DNA of 64,000 nucleotides from Octopus vulgaris. Its lineage: Eukaryota. The notes beneath the pieces are model-generated. The model was not told where the DNA came from. It saw only the letters and a program-made list of their open reading frames with translations, and ran no database searches. The stretch lies in contig OX597818.1 of NCBI GenBank assembly GCA_951406725.2, forward strand, positions 71,362,001 to 71,426,000. Direction: 5' to 3'. Below, piece after piece: positions 1 through 13,260 of the stretch (positions are counted from its first letter, which is position 1; each line of letters starts with the position of its first letter). Made by a program: the position numbers and the translations under genes.

Positions 1-536
1 GTGTGTGTGTGTGTGTGTGTGTGTGGTTTTGAAAGAAGGAGAGTGAGAGAGCGAGACAGACAAACAGACAAACATTGACTGTCATGTCTCAATTCACACT
101 CATCAACCTTTCTTTTAAGTAATCCAGTCCCCTACCTGATAGCCTTAGTTATACTTTGTAACTAGCAAAATTCCATCTTCTGCTACCCTCAAAGCCATGG
201 CCTCTCCACCATAAAGAAGGTAACCTATCTTCGACATTGGTCATATAAACACAGCCATTACTGTGTAGAGGAGAGGTGACCTCCTGAAGAGAGGAAATAT
301 TCCTTAATAATAATGATACAGGTGACATGATAAATGATAACCTTTATGGTGCTGGTGTCATGATAAATACATCCAGTCCATTCTATGAAGAATTCTTCAA
401 AAGAACAGATATCATATATGCTCTGGCGTTCTGTGGAAATGCCATAACAATGTTGAATCTCAGAACACTAGAGAATGGATACAATGAATTAAGGTCCTTA
501 GGGAGTTTTCCCTGCATTTAAGCATTGTATGTACAA

Positions 537-598
<62 letters not shown>

Positions 599-685
599 GT
601 AGATGGCAACGGCTAAATGTATGTATGTGTGCGTGTGTGTGTAAAGCTATCTCTCTCTCTGTCTCTCTCTCTGTCTCTCTCTCTG

Positions 686-770
<85 letters not shown>

Positions 771-1013
771 GATAGATCACTGGCCACTTCTCATTCTTTA
801 TTTTCTCTCCTTATTTCTTTCTGTGTTCCTTTGTGTGGAAGAGCGTAGGCTCGAAACGTTAAAGTCTTTTTTTGTCTACACTACTTGTCTTCGTCTTTTT
901 TTGTGAATTCTCCCTATATATATATATATATATGATATATATATATAATATATGTATAATATATGATATATATATATATATATATAAAATACATTATATA
1001 TATATATAATATA

Positions 1014-1064
<51 letters not shown>

Positions 1065-1104
1065 TGATATATATATATATATATGATATATATATATATA
1101 TATA

Positions 1105-1143
<39 letters not shown>

Positions 1144-1637
1144 GGTGGTGCATCACCATGGCCGCAGCTCTGAGCTGAAACTTAATATATATATATATAT
1201 ATATACAAATCATGCAAAGGCATTCACATCTATCCATCATTATTGTTAACCGTTGCAGAATTCAAGCAACTCCCTACTACCCATATAAATAAAGGGCACT
1301 TGAAATGTGGGACTATTTTTTCAAACAGTTGATGAATATCTGTGTATTGTAGAAATGTCTACTTTGGTGTGAGAAACCAGTGACCTCTCCACCAACTGGA
1401 ATTTTCCATCCGACAAACAGTTTGAACAGTTTATCAACTATAATGTGTTGGTGCACATACTCAATCGTGACACCAGTTCGTTCTTCTCTTTCGTCACATT
1501 CATCATCAAAACATATTCTTTTTTTAATTCATCATCATCATATTTTTCCATGCTGGCAGACGTTACACTCTTTGACAGGAACTGGCAAGCTGAGGAGCTA
1601 TCGAGGCTCCATGTCTGTTTCCGTATGCTTTCTATGA

Positions 1638-1865
1638 CTCAGTCCTTTGTCATCTGCTCTGTGCGGCCCAATGTCTAATGGTCCTTTCTCACCACTTAAT
1701 CACACGTCTTCCTGTGTCCACCCCTTCCGCACTTTCCTTCCACAATCAAAGATCTGCACTTCTTGATGCAGCTGTCTTCATCCATATGCATTACATAATA
1801 ATACCATCGCAGTCTTCTCTCTCGCACACAGCATCCGATGCCTTATATATCGAGTTTTTCTTTCA
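1638..1865 (-). mobile_element. RTE-clade LINE 3' fragment
   Basis: Minus-strand translation VRERRLRWYYYVMHMDEDSCIKKCRSLIVEGKCGRGGHRKT..VVRKD, typical RTE C-terminus, with stops. Confidence 0.75.
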
Positions 1866-2497
1866 AATCCACTTAATTATGGAAACATTATTGATCTGTT
1901 TAGATATGTCTGTGTGTTTTTGATTTAGTTGTTATGCTTGAGGGCCTTGTTATGTTGTTGATATTCTCTTTTCTGGTATAACTTACATTATTTGGGTTGT
2001 TATATTTATATATACAATACTCTTCCGTAAGTATTTCTCTTGCTATGGCCATTTGGCTCTATCAAGCCAGTTTTAGAGATAGGTTCTTGTTGGTTTGTTG
2101 TCTTTCATTATTGTGACATTTCTTTCCTTATATTTTGTATATTTGACTTGATGTTATAATAACTTTATACTGTGTTTTAATTGAATAGTTTGTGACATTT
2201 GTGATTGGTAAGTAAATATTTACTCATTAAATATCATTGTTAAGCAATAACGTTCACCACTAATGTGTTTTGTTCAACATAATGATCATAATATTTGTGT
2301 TAATGTAGAACGTAAAGTAAAAACAAATGATAATGAAAAGTGGACTCAACTAAGAGATGATGTAAGAAATCAATGCTGTGTGAATAGTTTAATCACTGGG
2401 GAAACAAACTGCGTAAATGTAGTTGTGTAATTTGGGGCATCTTTAGTATATGTTTGTGTAATCTTTAACTCATCATTTTATATTTCATCAATTGTAG

Positions 2498-2676
2498 TAC
2501 TGCAAAGATCTGAAACTGGGAAACAAAGAAAGGTACTCTGGTGTGGTGGTTGCTAGTTACCTAGCACACCATGGGACCAACATTTACTGTAAAAACAAAA
2601 GTGGCAGAACACCATTGGACCTAATAAAAAAGAAAAATTTAAAAAAAACGTTAAATATGTTATTCCCACCAACGCC
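2498..2676 (+). CDS. Internal exon of ankyrin/RING (MIB2-like) gene; last ankyrin-like repeat
   Basis: ttgtag acceptor, CC|gtaagt donor; open frame YCKDLKLGNKERYSGVVVASYLAHHGTNIYCKNKSGRTPLDLIKKKNLKKTLNMLFPPTP with ankyrin-type 'L..HG.NI..KNKSGRTPLDL'; phase 0 to phase 2. Confidence 0.85.
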
Positions 2677-3135
2677 GTAAGTATTCACTGGCAATGACAA
2701 GATAAACCATTACATTTTCTATTTTGTATATAACCGTGTTTATATGTTTATATTATATTAATTCGACTGATACATTATACTGTCTTAGTGGCTTAATGAA
2801 AGGTTAGACAACAACAGTAAGAAGAACAATAAACAATATGCAGATGTTAAGATAATTAAAAGAAAGGACACTATTTTGATTACATTCAAATGATTGGTTG
2901 TGTTGACTTTTATACCTCTCTTAAAATCCCAACACACCTCTCTCAGTTCCCTATTTTAAAGATTTGGGACCAATGAGAAAATGTAGAAGTAAATAGTGAA
3001 GTGATGGAATTTATCTGTCTACCAACAGATTTTTCCTCTGTCTTCTCTGTCCCAGCCAGTCATGTCCATGTGAGCTATCCTGAGAAAATCAACTACAAAC
3101 ATATACTATAACATATACTATAATATATATTATAA

Positions 3136-3211
<76 letters not shown>

Positions 3212-3294
3212 CAAGATTCAGTTGAATTAAGTTCTTAAGTTGAAGCACCAAGTCAGTCCGTTATAATCCGCACGGATCGAAGTAAGGTGAATAA

Positions 3295-3630
3295 AGTCAA
3301 AATATGCAGCAGGATATCAAGTAGTGATGCAGTACGACCATTTCAAGCGAGTCCATTGACTTGAAAAATGCAATTATTACATCAATTTAAACGCAGTGCT
3401 ATTTTCAGCTGCACAAAATAAATAGAATTTTTTAACAAGAAGCCTACATTAATGTTATATTAAAACATCATGTTTATGTGTCCATTTATTAAAAAACTCC
3501 ATTTAGTTTGTGCAGCTGAAGATATAATTGCATTCAGACTGATGTAATGATTGCTTTGTTCAATTAAATGGAGTCGATTGAAACGGACGTACTGCATTAC
3601 TACTTGTTATCCTGTTGCTTATTTTGATTA
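3295..3630. mobile_element. Inverted pair of Penelope-like end fragments (further copy at about 4568-4710)
   Basis: 3295-3420 is a diverged reverse complement of 3505-3630; flanked by (TA)n/(CA)n; contains hammerhead core. Confidence 0.6.
3511..3596 (+). ncRNA. Type I hammerhead ribozyme motif (long helix II region)
   Basis: tgcag-CTGAAGA-[~60 nt]-GAAA-cggacg-TA-ctgca; helix I tgcag/ctgca; GUA cleavage triplet; helix II pairing not verified. Confidence 0.6.
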
Positions 3631-3640
3631 CACACACACA

Positions 3641-3705
<65 letters not shown>

Positions 3706-3707
3706 GT

Positions 3708-4188
3708 ATCAAAGATATGTATCACATTATAGCAGGTTTGAGGAAAAACCGAGTTTCATTGGGAAAGTAAATCCTCACAGGCGTATATGACATTGCGAGA
3801 CTCCAAAACAAATCGTTCATACCGTTTTTTCATTCGATAAAGAATGAATGAAAAAAATGGTATGGACGATTTGTTTTGGAGTCACGCAATGCCATATACG
3901 CCTGTGAGGATTTACTTTCCCAATAAAACTCGGTTTTTTCTCAAACTTTTTCTCAAATCTGCTATAATGTGATACATGTCTTTGGTGTGGTAATTTTACA
4001 CGGCTGAAGAAGGCTTTTGATCTACCTGTTATATCAATTATGCATTGATATATGTTGTTCAATAAAGCCCGAAACATATCTACCGCAAAATCCTTTGCGT
4101 CCTGTTTTTCTTTTGATACATATATCCTATCACCTATACGACTAGCTGGCATATACAGGTGCTTACTTTTATCAAGTATTCACCCTGA

Positions 4189-4226
<38 letters not shown>

Positions 4227-4230
4227 GTAA
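3708..4230 (+). mobile_element. Penelope-like end fragment with 5' inverted arm (3708-3985 foldback) and hammerhead at 4001-4085
   Basis: ~125-bp inverted arms; cgg-CTGAAGA-aggcttt...aaagccc-GAAA-catatc-TA-ccg; (TA)n on both sides. Confidence 0.65.
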
Positions 4231-4254
4231 AGAAATCATTCGGTCATGAATGAT

Positions 4255-4552
4255 CATCGGATAGCATCCAGGATGTTAGATGTTACTCTCCGAGGCACGA
4301 GGCCGGGTAATTTTTTTTATGGAAGACCAACAGTGGCCTATGTATGCCACACTCCATTCTCCACGCCACCAATGTCATCTAAGAGAAAGGCAAGGGCCGA
4401 TACAGCTTGACACCAGTGGCATAATAACTCACTTCTAAAGCCTATTGAACTGGAAAAACATGGAAATATTGTGTCTTGCTCAAGCACAAAATCGAACTCC
4501 CTACCTCATGAGTGTGAGGCTGAGGTTCTAACCACTGAGCCATGCATCTTCA
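4255..4552 (-). mobile_element. tRNA-derived SINE (family D), diverged
   Basis: Reverse complement of the head/body seen at 46716-46954 (gcatggctcagtggttag... cttgagcaagacac). Confidence 0.65.
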
Positions 4553-5004
4553 TATATATATATATATAATCAAATTAAGCAACAGGATATCAAGTCGTGA
4601 TACAATACGACCGTTTCAAGCGCCTCCATTCTATTGAACAATGCAATCAATACATCAATTTAAATGCAGTGCCATCTTTAGCTGTAGAAATAAATGAATA
4701 GAATTTTAACCATTCGGACACATTACTGTAATGTTTCTAAACTATTTTAACAGAGTAAGAAGATGGAAGAAATTAATGTTATCGATATTGTAGCTAAGAA
4801 AAAACTACACTTCCAAGAATCGCATGAAGCCTATTGGGGTGATAGTGTTGTAAAGGATTGTAATTCATTTGTATTTTATCTCTTTATCAACTACTAAATC
4901 TAAGACCAGAAGACAGTGTCCTGTTTTGAATAAAGGACAAGGATGAGTTGACAGCTCATGGCTAGGTATGGTCATAAATGTTGTATGTATTCCTTTTCCT
5001 CCAG

Positions 5005-5040
5005 GCAGAAAGAAGACATTAGTAGTCAATTCGATATAAA
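5005..5040 (+). CDS. 36-bp linker micro-exon of the ankyrin/RING gene
   Basis: Strong acceptor ttccttttcctccag, donor AA|gtaagt; phase 2-2, reads (P)QKEDISSQFDI(K) in frame with both neighbours. Confidence 0.75.
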
Positions 5041-6009
5041 GTAAGTGTCCATAAAAATAGGCTTAGTAGTGTAAGACTTTAAATCATGATGTTGATTACC
5101 AGTTAAAGGGGTAAGGCGCAAAGAAACCAAAGATGTTAATGCAGACGAAATTTTATTATGTGTGATTGTTTATAAACAATATTGCTATGTTGTATAAAAA
5201 TATAATTAAGATTGTCAAAAATGGTATCAATACCGAAATAGGTAAAATGTGTGTCTTTATTTATTATAAACATTAAAAATGAAAGATTACCGGAGACTAA
5301 ACAGTACGCCTATGCCTCAGTAGAAGGTAAATCTGCAAAATCTAGGTTTTGGTACAATCAATTTAGGCAGATGAAATTTTGGGGAGAAATACATTTGAAG
5401 TGGACAATTTGTCAAAACATGTTTGTAGATCAATGATTTCTTTAGATACACCAATAACAATTACATCATGTGTGGCAGAATCAGTGGTTTATTTCTCAAT
5501 GTCCCTGGATTTAGCTATAACTAGGGGTAGATTTTTACCTGATGTTTTCTTATATGGTCCCTTAATGTAGGATTATGTAAGGAACTTTGCTTTTAATATC
5601 CGTCACAACAAATGTCCAGAATTTTTCTGTGGATGGCCAGATTTTGTTCGACTGCAATGATGGGGAAAGACACACAGGCCAGCAACCGATGGGATCAAAC
5701 AACCATAATGCATCTTTGATTGGCCTGAAGTTAATGGTGCATAGAAACATTGCATTTATTGCAGTCAACTCATCTGTTTTTAAAATGTTCTACAGTTTTG
5801 TACATATACATTGTATTGTATTCTCAAAGCATTCTTCTATTTTAGAACAGTAACTTGTTTTGTTATACGGATCTCGTATATATGAAGCTATAGCAAAGGT
5901 AGCCCGTCTCTCCATCCATAAAATTCAAAGCCAGTTGTCTAAATATAGAGGACTTGTGAAACAGATTAGATACAATAAAGTGTTTTATATATACATATAT
6001 TAATGGTTG

Positions 6010-6828
6010 TACATGATCTTATCAATAAGTATCCAGACTGTTGCCATAGTAACAAAGCTAAAGCACACAGAGTAAAGTTGCTCGGCACAGATTGACATTT
6101 ATCTCTATTGTGCATGCACGCTAAGTTTTGACTTTCTAGAGCAATTCCACTGTTTACAGCAGTGCTTGGAAGGAAGGTGTGTAGCGTGTGATCGTTAGAT
6201 TGACCATGATATAGAGAGTTGAGCAGAGAAGCTGCATCAAATTTTGTCAAAAGTTTGACGATTCCTGCCCAGAGGGCCATAGAAAGTTTTCAATAAGTTT
6301 TTATCGTCCCTGACACAATCAAGGACATCTTATGCAACTGAAACCCGTGTGTCCTTTTGGTCCACTGAAAGCAGTTTTGGTACAAATTTGGCAGACAGGC
6401 GTCTCATACCCAAATCTTCAGTGGTAATGGCCCGAACCGTAACTAACCTGCACATCCTCTGATAATTCAAGGATGGTGATTCGACGGTTTACCCTCACAA
6501 CTGTACGCCCATCAGCAATGTTTTTTCTCAGTTCTGCTCGTTGCAGATCTTCCAGAATGTTCGCCAATATCGACATTTTCGGCCATACTTAAAATGTCTG
6601 AACCACTCTTACATGTGTGTCGCTCATACACTCCTCTCCATACACTTTCTGCAACTTTACGTAGGCTTTCAAGCACTGCTGTAAACAGCGGATATGAGCT
6701 AGAACATAAAAAATTAGTGCGCATGTACAGCACAGGTTGAGATCAATCTTTGCCAAGCGGCTTCACTCTGCGTATTTTTGCTTCGTTACTATAGCAACAA
6801 TCCTGATACTTATTGATCAGACCTCGTA
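6010..6828 (-). mobile_element. Internally deleted mariner element with ~85-bp TIRs
   Basis: 6010-6096 and 6741-6828 are diverged inverted repeats ending in TA; minus strand encodes KLQKVYGEECMS..EWF..FK / SGRSATSRTEK / TTEDLGMRRLSAKFVPKLLSVDQK (mariner HTH region and WVPxxL-like motif). Confidence 0.85.
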
Positions 6829-7168
6829 TATAGGCACAAAATTGTGTACATATATAGTTTTGTTCAGCAGAAATGGAGTCTAGAAGTGAAGTGGTTTTGG
6901 AATATATGTGGTGTACTGCTTTTGTAATATATCAGAGTCAAGACGTATATTTAACAATACCTGTATAAATATATACGTGTGTGTGTCTGCGTAGCACTTA
7001 TACACACATAAATCTGTCCGAACGTGGTTGCTTAAAATAGAAATTGTCAGACACTCATGGAGGTCACTGCAGAGTTTCATAATATTTTGTGCTGTAAATA
7101 TGTATACCATGTAAAAATTGATATACATGAATGTTATTGATGAAATGTGTTTATATTTTGTTCCATAG

Positions 7169-7311
7169 ATGTCGCTGCTGTCATGAGAACTTGGCCACCG
7201 TGAGACTGCAACCATGTGGAGATCTTGTTCTCTGCGAGAATTGTTCTTCTGAAATGACATTTAAGAGTTGCCCCGTGTGTCGAGAATACACCCTCAGCAA
7301 AAGTGAATTTG
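7169..7311 (+). CDS. RING finger exon (zf-C3HC4_3/MIB/IAP-type spacing)
   Basis: ttgttccatag acceptor, G|gtaaga donor; CRCCHENLATVRLQPCGDLVLCENCSSEMTFKSCPVCREYTLSKSEF = Cx2C-x11-CxD-x3-Cx2C-x8-CPxC. Confidence 0.9.
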
Positions 7312-7589
7312 GTAAGATAATCTTTGGGACTCTGTTTGTTGTCTTGTTGACCTTATTGTGTGGAATAATGTGCTTCAAGCTTTCGTGTAGACCCAGGTAT
7401 GTCATAATGGGACAGACTTATGATAGGTGCTCCTGAGGTCTTTTCTTTGTGACAGTATATATATCACTACATCCACTAAATATTGCCTTTACCTAATTTT
7501 AAGATGTCACACTTCAAGATATCTATCATGATATGCTGTTTAGGTACGTACCCTGAAAGTCTCTTTAGGTACGTACCCTGAATTATAAG

Positions 7590-7920
7590 AAATTAACAAG
7601 ATTAAAAATCAAATCTCTAAGATTATAAGTATAATGATCATTAACGTTGATTAAATATTAAATTTAGTATTGAACGGTGAACATCTGTTTACATTTTAAG
7701 GATAGGAATTAAATATGAGTTCCCTGTGTGACTTGATCTCACAAATCCTTGTTTGCAACTATATATAATATACACTTATTACATTGTTTGAACAACATTT
7801 ACCATCCATATAGTCATTCTTTTTCTCACTCTTGTTAGATTTTAGATGATATTAATGCTAAAAGAGGCACAGTTTTCTGAGTGTTTCACCCTTTGGTCTT
7901 GATTGTTGCGTTCAAATTAT
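7590..7920 (+). repeat. ~330-bp intronic segment duplicated at about 9225-9590
   Basis: Near-identical direct copies (attaaaaatcaaatctctaaga...ttgattgttgcrttcaaatt). Confidence 0.9.
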
Positions 7921-8293
7921 TTAATGAAAGATAGTCATTGTTATTTGACCAGGAAATGAATTAATCATTAGTATTTGGCAGTGGACTTGGTTATATCTTT
8001 CTTCGTTTGCTCATGGAACTACCATAATATTAGCTGTGCTAAGACACAATCATATTCATAGTAATGAAGGTTATATGTGGAGGGGATACACATAAAGGAC
8101 ATGTCTTTATGGGCTCCGTTTCACTTAATTAGAGAGGAATATTGATTAGTGAATTCTAGTGATGAGAGGACTGTGCCATGCCATAGATTTGGCACAGTTA
8201 TAAGAAAAGAAAGACAAAGCTAAGAGAAAACTGTTATCAAGTTTTAATTAAATGAGATAATTGCAACATTGTTAGGATATTTAATGTGTTTTT

Positions 8294-8360
<67 letters not shown>

Positions 8361-8577
8361 GGATTTAGGAATGTTAGTCTTTTTTATTGTGGACATATTG
8401 AGCTATTACATGGGACCACTGTAGAAAGTACAGAAATATTGACCAAAACCATAATGGTCAACAGTTGACCAGTAACGACAGGAATTGAATGACTCACAAT
8501 AACAAGATAGAGTTTAATAAAAATAAAGATAACGAAAGTTTATTATTAAATGTAAAACTTGGAAATATTTATTTCAG

Positions 8578-8655
8578 GGGCTCCAAAGTTTGAGGACAGG
8601 TGTGTACAAACAGAGGCTACATGTCAGGAATTAGGGGCTGCATCTCAGGCAATAG
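8578..8655 (+). CDS. Repeat exon 1 (78 bp, phase 1-1), LC8-type motif DRCVQTE
   Basis: tatttatttcag acceptor, G|gtgagt donor; (G)APKFEDRCVQTEATCQELGAASQAI in frame after the RING exon. Confidence 0.8.
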
Positions 8656-8906
8656 GTGAGTATAAAATAATAGTTCCCAATTGATTTCTGTAAGGTTTTC
8701 TTCCCCCGAGTATATTGTGCTTGAAAGAATAACTGAAAACAGCTTTCATTCCTATTTTCCAATTGAACGATTATCTGTATAATAATTGAATTAAAGATAT
8801 CGATTTACTGTGAGTTTATGAAATACCCATTGAGGTTAATGCTGTTGGTAATAATGTTCAAATTGGAAGACACAATAGAGTTAATTTTGTCATTTGGTCA
8901 CAGAAC

Positions 8907-9120
8907 TCATCATCATCATCATCATCATCATCATCGTTTAACGTCCGTTTTTATAGTAGCATGGGTTGGACGATTTCACTGGCAAGGCAGTAGGTTGCGC
9001 CAGGCTCCACTGTGATCTGGCAAAGTTTCCACATATGTATGCCATTCCTAATGCCAACCACTCCGAGAGTGTGGTGGGTGCTTTTTACGTGCCACCGACA
9101 CAGGAGCCAGTTGAGCTTGG
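8907..9120 (-). mobile_element. SINE fragment with (CAT)n tail
   Basis: (cat)n-cgtttaacgtccgtttt...gcatgggttggacg tail and tgcc.ttcctaatgccaaccac body; related tail at 1528-1637. Confidence 0.6.
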
Positions 9121-9599
9121 GGCTGGCATTGACCACGTTCGGATGGTGCTTTTTACTTTCCCCCGGCACAGGGAACCAGTCAGGCGGAACTTGCAATAAA
9201 CCACTGAATAACATTGGTATAAATTAAAGAAATTAAAAATCAAATCTCTAAGAGTATAAGTATAATGATCATTAACGTTGATTAAATATTAAATTTAGCA
9301 TTGAACGGTGAACATCTGTTTGCATTTAAACAAAATATTGGTGTTGACATAAAATATAAAGATAGGAATAAAACATGAGTTCCCTGTGTGACTTGATCTC
9401 ACAAATCCTTGTTTGTAACTATATATAATATACACTTATTATATTGTTTGAACAACATTTACCATCCATATAGTCATTCTTTTTCTCACTCTTGTTAGAT
9501 TTTAGATGATATTAATGCTAAAAGAGGCACAGTTTTCTGAGTGTTTCTCCCTATGTTTATAGTTCTGACTTGATTGTTGCATTCAAATTTGACTACTCC

Positions 9600-9850
9600 C
9601 ACAGGTTTAACGTCTTGTTCCCTTCTACTTGGATCTCCTGGCACTTCTTTATCTAACTTTTATCTTCCATACTCCTCCCATATCTCTACATCTCCTCTCT
9701 TGTGCACTAAATCTTCTAAACCCTAGTTTTGCATCCAGCTCATCTCTGCTCCGGGGCTTCAGCACATTAATATTACACTTCTTCTGAAGTATGCTCACTT
9801 CATTTCTTAACAGTTTTCATACATCCTCTATACTCTGTGAAACATTCCAC
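9600..9850 (-). mobile_element. RTE LINE C-terminal fragment
   Basis: Minus strand ..KLLRNEVSIL..CNINV..DELDAKLG..QERR..IKKCQEIQVEG, same region as the 1638-1865 fragment. Confidence 0.55.
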
Positions 9851-9864
9851 TTTACAAATACACA

Positions 9865-10470
9865 TCAGGGTTCACCAACGATCAGTCCTCAGCCCGCTCT
9901 TATTCATTATAGTCCTCCAGGCAATAACAAGCAAATTCCAAGACAGGCTGCCCCTGGGAGCTCCTCTGTGCTGATGACCTTGGTCTAATAGTCGAGTCAA
10001 TGCCAGAACTGGAGACAAAGTTTAGGGTGTGGAAGCAAGGTCTAGAATCGAAGGGCCTTAGGGTTAATATAGCCAAAACCAAAGGCCTGGTAAGTAGGAA
10101 GTTTGAAAATCACAACCCCTTTCAGGTAGACGACCCTGCTCTATCTGTAGAAATGGAAAGGGTAGAAACTCCACACGATGTACCCAGTGTAAGCTATGGA
10201 CGCATAATAAGTGCAGCAATATCAAAGGAAGGTTAACCAGGAAAATAGATTTTGTAAGTGGCAGATGCTCTGGGGCAATAAACACTGTAGATGTACAGAA
10301 AACAGATTACATCACATGTCAGGGGAAGAAACTAATAGTTAATAGCTTCTGCTACCTAGGTGACCAAGTCTGTAGTTGGGATGGTTGCTCTAAGCGTGTA
10401 GCGACTAGAGTAAGAATAGCTGGGTAAAGTTCAGAGAGATGCCGCCTCTGCTGGCAACTAAAGTCCTTCT
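9865..10470 (+). pseudogene. RTE LINE reverse-transcriptase fragment
   Basis: VHQRSVLSPLLFIIVLQAIT / GCPWELLCADDLGLIVESMPELETKFRVWKQGLESKGLRVNIAKTK / FCYLGD: RT domains 4-7 (YADD-like CADD), frameshifted. Confidence 0.9.
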
Positions 10471-10829
10471 TTAAGGTAATAAGTTGTGAACTGAGTAGGT
10501 TTCGGCTACTAATTCTAGCAGATCTCTCTACTACATGGAAATCCCTTTCTTAGTTTGTCTCCCTTGTTGTTAGAGATTAACTGCGGAAATAACGATACAC
10601 TTTGAAATTTCATTTGTTGATGTTGTTGTAAGTCCCATCATCTCCCTAGACACTTCTTCTGCTGTATAGACAAGATTAAAATCATGTGAAATTCTTCCAA
10701 AAATGAAATGTGTAATTCCATTTTGTAAAGCTTGCTTAAAAACATATTTTGCTTTCAAGTAGAACCATCTTGTAGACACAATTGTCAATAAATATATTGT
10801 TTCCATTTCTCGCAGCCAATTTTTTTACA

Positions 10830-13260
10830 TTAGGAGTATTCCATATGAATTCAAACAAAATTTAAAAGGAAGAGACTTTTCACTTGACAGACTCAGATAG
10901 GTTTTGGTAATACCTCTATATGCATAAGGAACACATGTATAATTTTAGTGTTCAACCACAAAGGGTTTCAATGATATGCCCTACAAAACATTGGGGGCCA
11001 CACCCCTCGTGGAGCGCGAATGTCAATTTATACGATTTTGGTGCTGAACGCTTTTAAAACTATTCATATTTGTCTGAAATTGGCTACAGCGTGTAATCTG
11101 CAATCAGATCGGCCAGAATCTGCTATCAGAATTCCTCTATTATCTTCCTCCATATTAACGGTAATGGCCTTTCAAATAAGAACATTTTCATGGGCAGAAA
11201 GTTTTTAAAATATCAATATTCAAGGGACCCCCATTGGGACATGATGTAATACAAGAAAACATGTGGTGTGTTTTTTCGCTTTGAGGATTGATCTGTCCAT
11301 GGTAAGCATACTGATAATGCTCAAGACATAATATAACATTTAGAGGCTCTTGAAAATGGCTCAGGGTGAAAAAATAACATTGTTGACAATTTTCGATTCC
11401 TACACTTCACCATGTGAACAATTAAACAAGGGAATGTAACTTGGACTCCAGGAATGCATTTATCCAAACTTTATTCGTTCAAACATTCAATTTATTTTCT
11501 CATCTCCTCCTCGGTTGTTCATTCACTTTCCAAATGATATGGAAAATAATTGGATCAAGTCCGATGGTGCGCAAATGGTGCCCTCTAATAGCCTCATGCA
11601 TACACACACCTTCATTATTTGTAATGAATTTCATACCCCCTAGTGACATTCACCTGCACACTTTTGGTGTGTATGCGCAATAGTCCTCTAAATCCAAAAT
11701 ATTGACACCCATCAATACAGAAATGTATGGTAAGCATTTTGTATTCACTTTTACTCCGTATTTTGGCGACATTGAATATAAATTTCGAAGAGGCACCAAT
11801 GCGCATTATTAACCTTTGTGCCAGTAATTTGGTCACGGAAATAATTTACTGGAACCTTTGATTTAAGTGATCATATGGTGCAGAAATCACAGTAACTGAG
11901 CAAAGAAGAGGCTATTTTGGCTCATCCTGACCCAAGGAAAGGTACGTCCCGGGACGTCAGAATCGGAGGAATATTCACGTATTTGTCCAGCTAAAAAGGA
12001 AATTGTTACTGTAATTGAGAACGGATTAAAAGCCCAACGACTAAAATAGCCATTGCTTGTGAATCTTCAGAAGTTTTGTGTGGAATACAAGGAAAACGCT
12101 GGATATAATAAGGTAGATTTTTGTAAGTTTATGAATTGCAACTGAAATGAACGGATAATACAATTGTATGAGTCGGAGGAATATTCGCTTCTTTGTGACT
12201 TGCAACCAAAATGCTGTGTTCAAGTTACTACCCCAGGCACGCATTCAGTATGTGTCTGTGAGAATCACCAACATGCAAAACGTATCGACGCTGCCATTCC
12301 TGGTAGTCACGACTACACAGACTTGCTTGGCAAAATGGTCTCTTCCGTGAGCAATCGAGATTGTATGTTGCTCCTATGTGAGTCCTGTCCTTTTGAACAA
12401 CGTTTATTAGACGTATTTTAATCACTTGGAGGTTTAGTAACGCACAAACAGTTGGCACATGTGTACTGGCCAGCTCCTTTATGACTAACTTCCCCCCAGT
12501 GAATGCCTTCATTCAAACCGCTGAAAGTGTGTTTGAATCTCTACAACAACTTCGTTTCATAGTAGAGGCCCGATCTTATTTCCTTAATCATCAAAAAGAT
12601 GACCTGACATCAAGTGAAGCAATAGTATTGTTGGACTTCACAGAATAAAATTATAACTTTGTAGTACAGGACGCCCTGCAAGGGTTTCATCAGAACAAAT
12701 CCGAGGCAAATATTAATCCATTCGCGATCTCTTATAAGACTGGTTCAAACCCACAATGCACTTCAATCTGTGTCATATCTTCTTTTTTGAAACGTGACAA
12801 CCCCATAGTGCATGCTTTTATTACGAGGGTGATATCGCATATAATGACAGAACTTCCATTCATAAACCATCTCCTGTACTTCAGTGACGGTGCAGCCGAC
12901 CAATACAAGAACTAGAGACACCAAACAGATCTCTGTCATCATCAGAATGATCAAGGACTTGCAGCAGAGTGGCATTTTTCTCCATGTCATGTGCGAAAAA
13001 GTTTACAAGGAGCCACAGAAAGACATTTTCTCACGGATTACGAGGTGTGTAGCTGAGTATGTGCAAGCATTCCAGGAATAATGTTCTTTTACGTCTGAAA
13101 TGAAAACAGTAGCGCAGTGAAATTAATTGGCACAAGATCCCATCACTGCTTCATTCTTTCTTCAAGATCTGATCTTCTAATGAAAAGAATATCAGCCGAT
13201 GACAATTTCACTCTTTTAGGTGAGGAGCAGCCAGCATCTGATTAAAATATTTCAAAGTTA
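10830..13260 (+). mobile_element. Decayed DNA transposon, transposase probably Sola2-like
   Basis: LQPKCCV..GTHSVCVCENHQ..NRDCMLLLCESCP (12190-12390), AIVLLDFTE..NYNFVVQDALQGFH (12620-12690), YFSDGAADQYKN (12877-12912), GLAAEWHF; many stops and frameshifts; outer limits approximate. Confidence 0.7.

Noticed and set aside
327-521. 64-aa ORF, and short ORFs at 5251-5853, 10570-10806 and 14812-15156
   Set aside because: No recognisable domain or phase-compatible splice sites; probably intronic sequence or old transposon debris.
3895-3940. Hammerhead-like CTGTGA...AAAA/GAAA in the 3708-3985 foldback
   Set aside because: The core lacks A6 and correct spacing, and no helix I closes it; not counted.
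4754-4895. Possible exon SKKMEEINVIDIVAKKK after ttttaacag
   Set aside because: The phase does not fit the flanking phase-2 junctions, there is no good donor, and no domain similarity is apparent.
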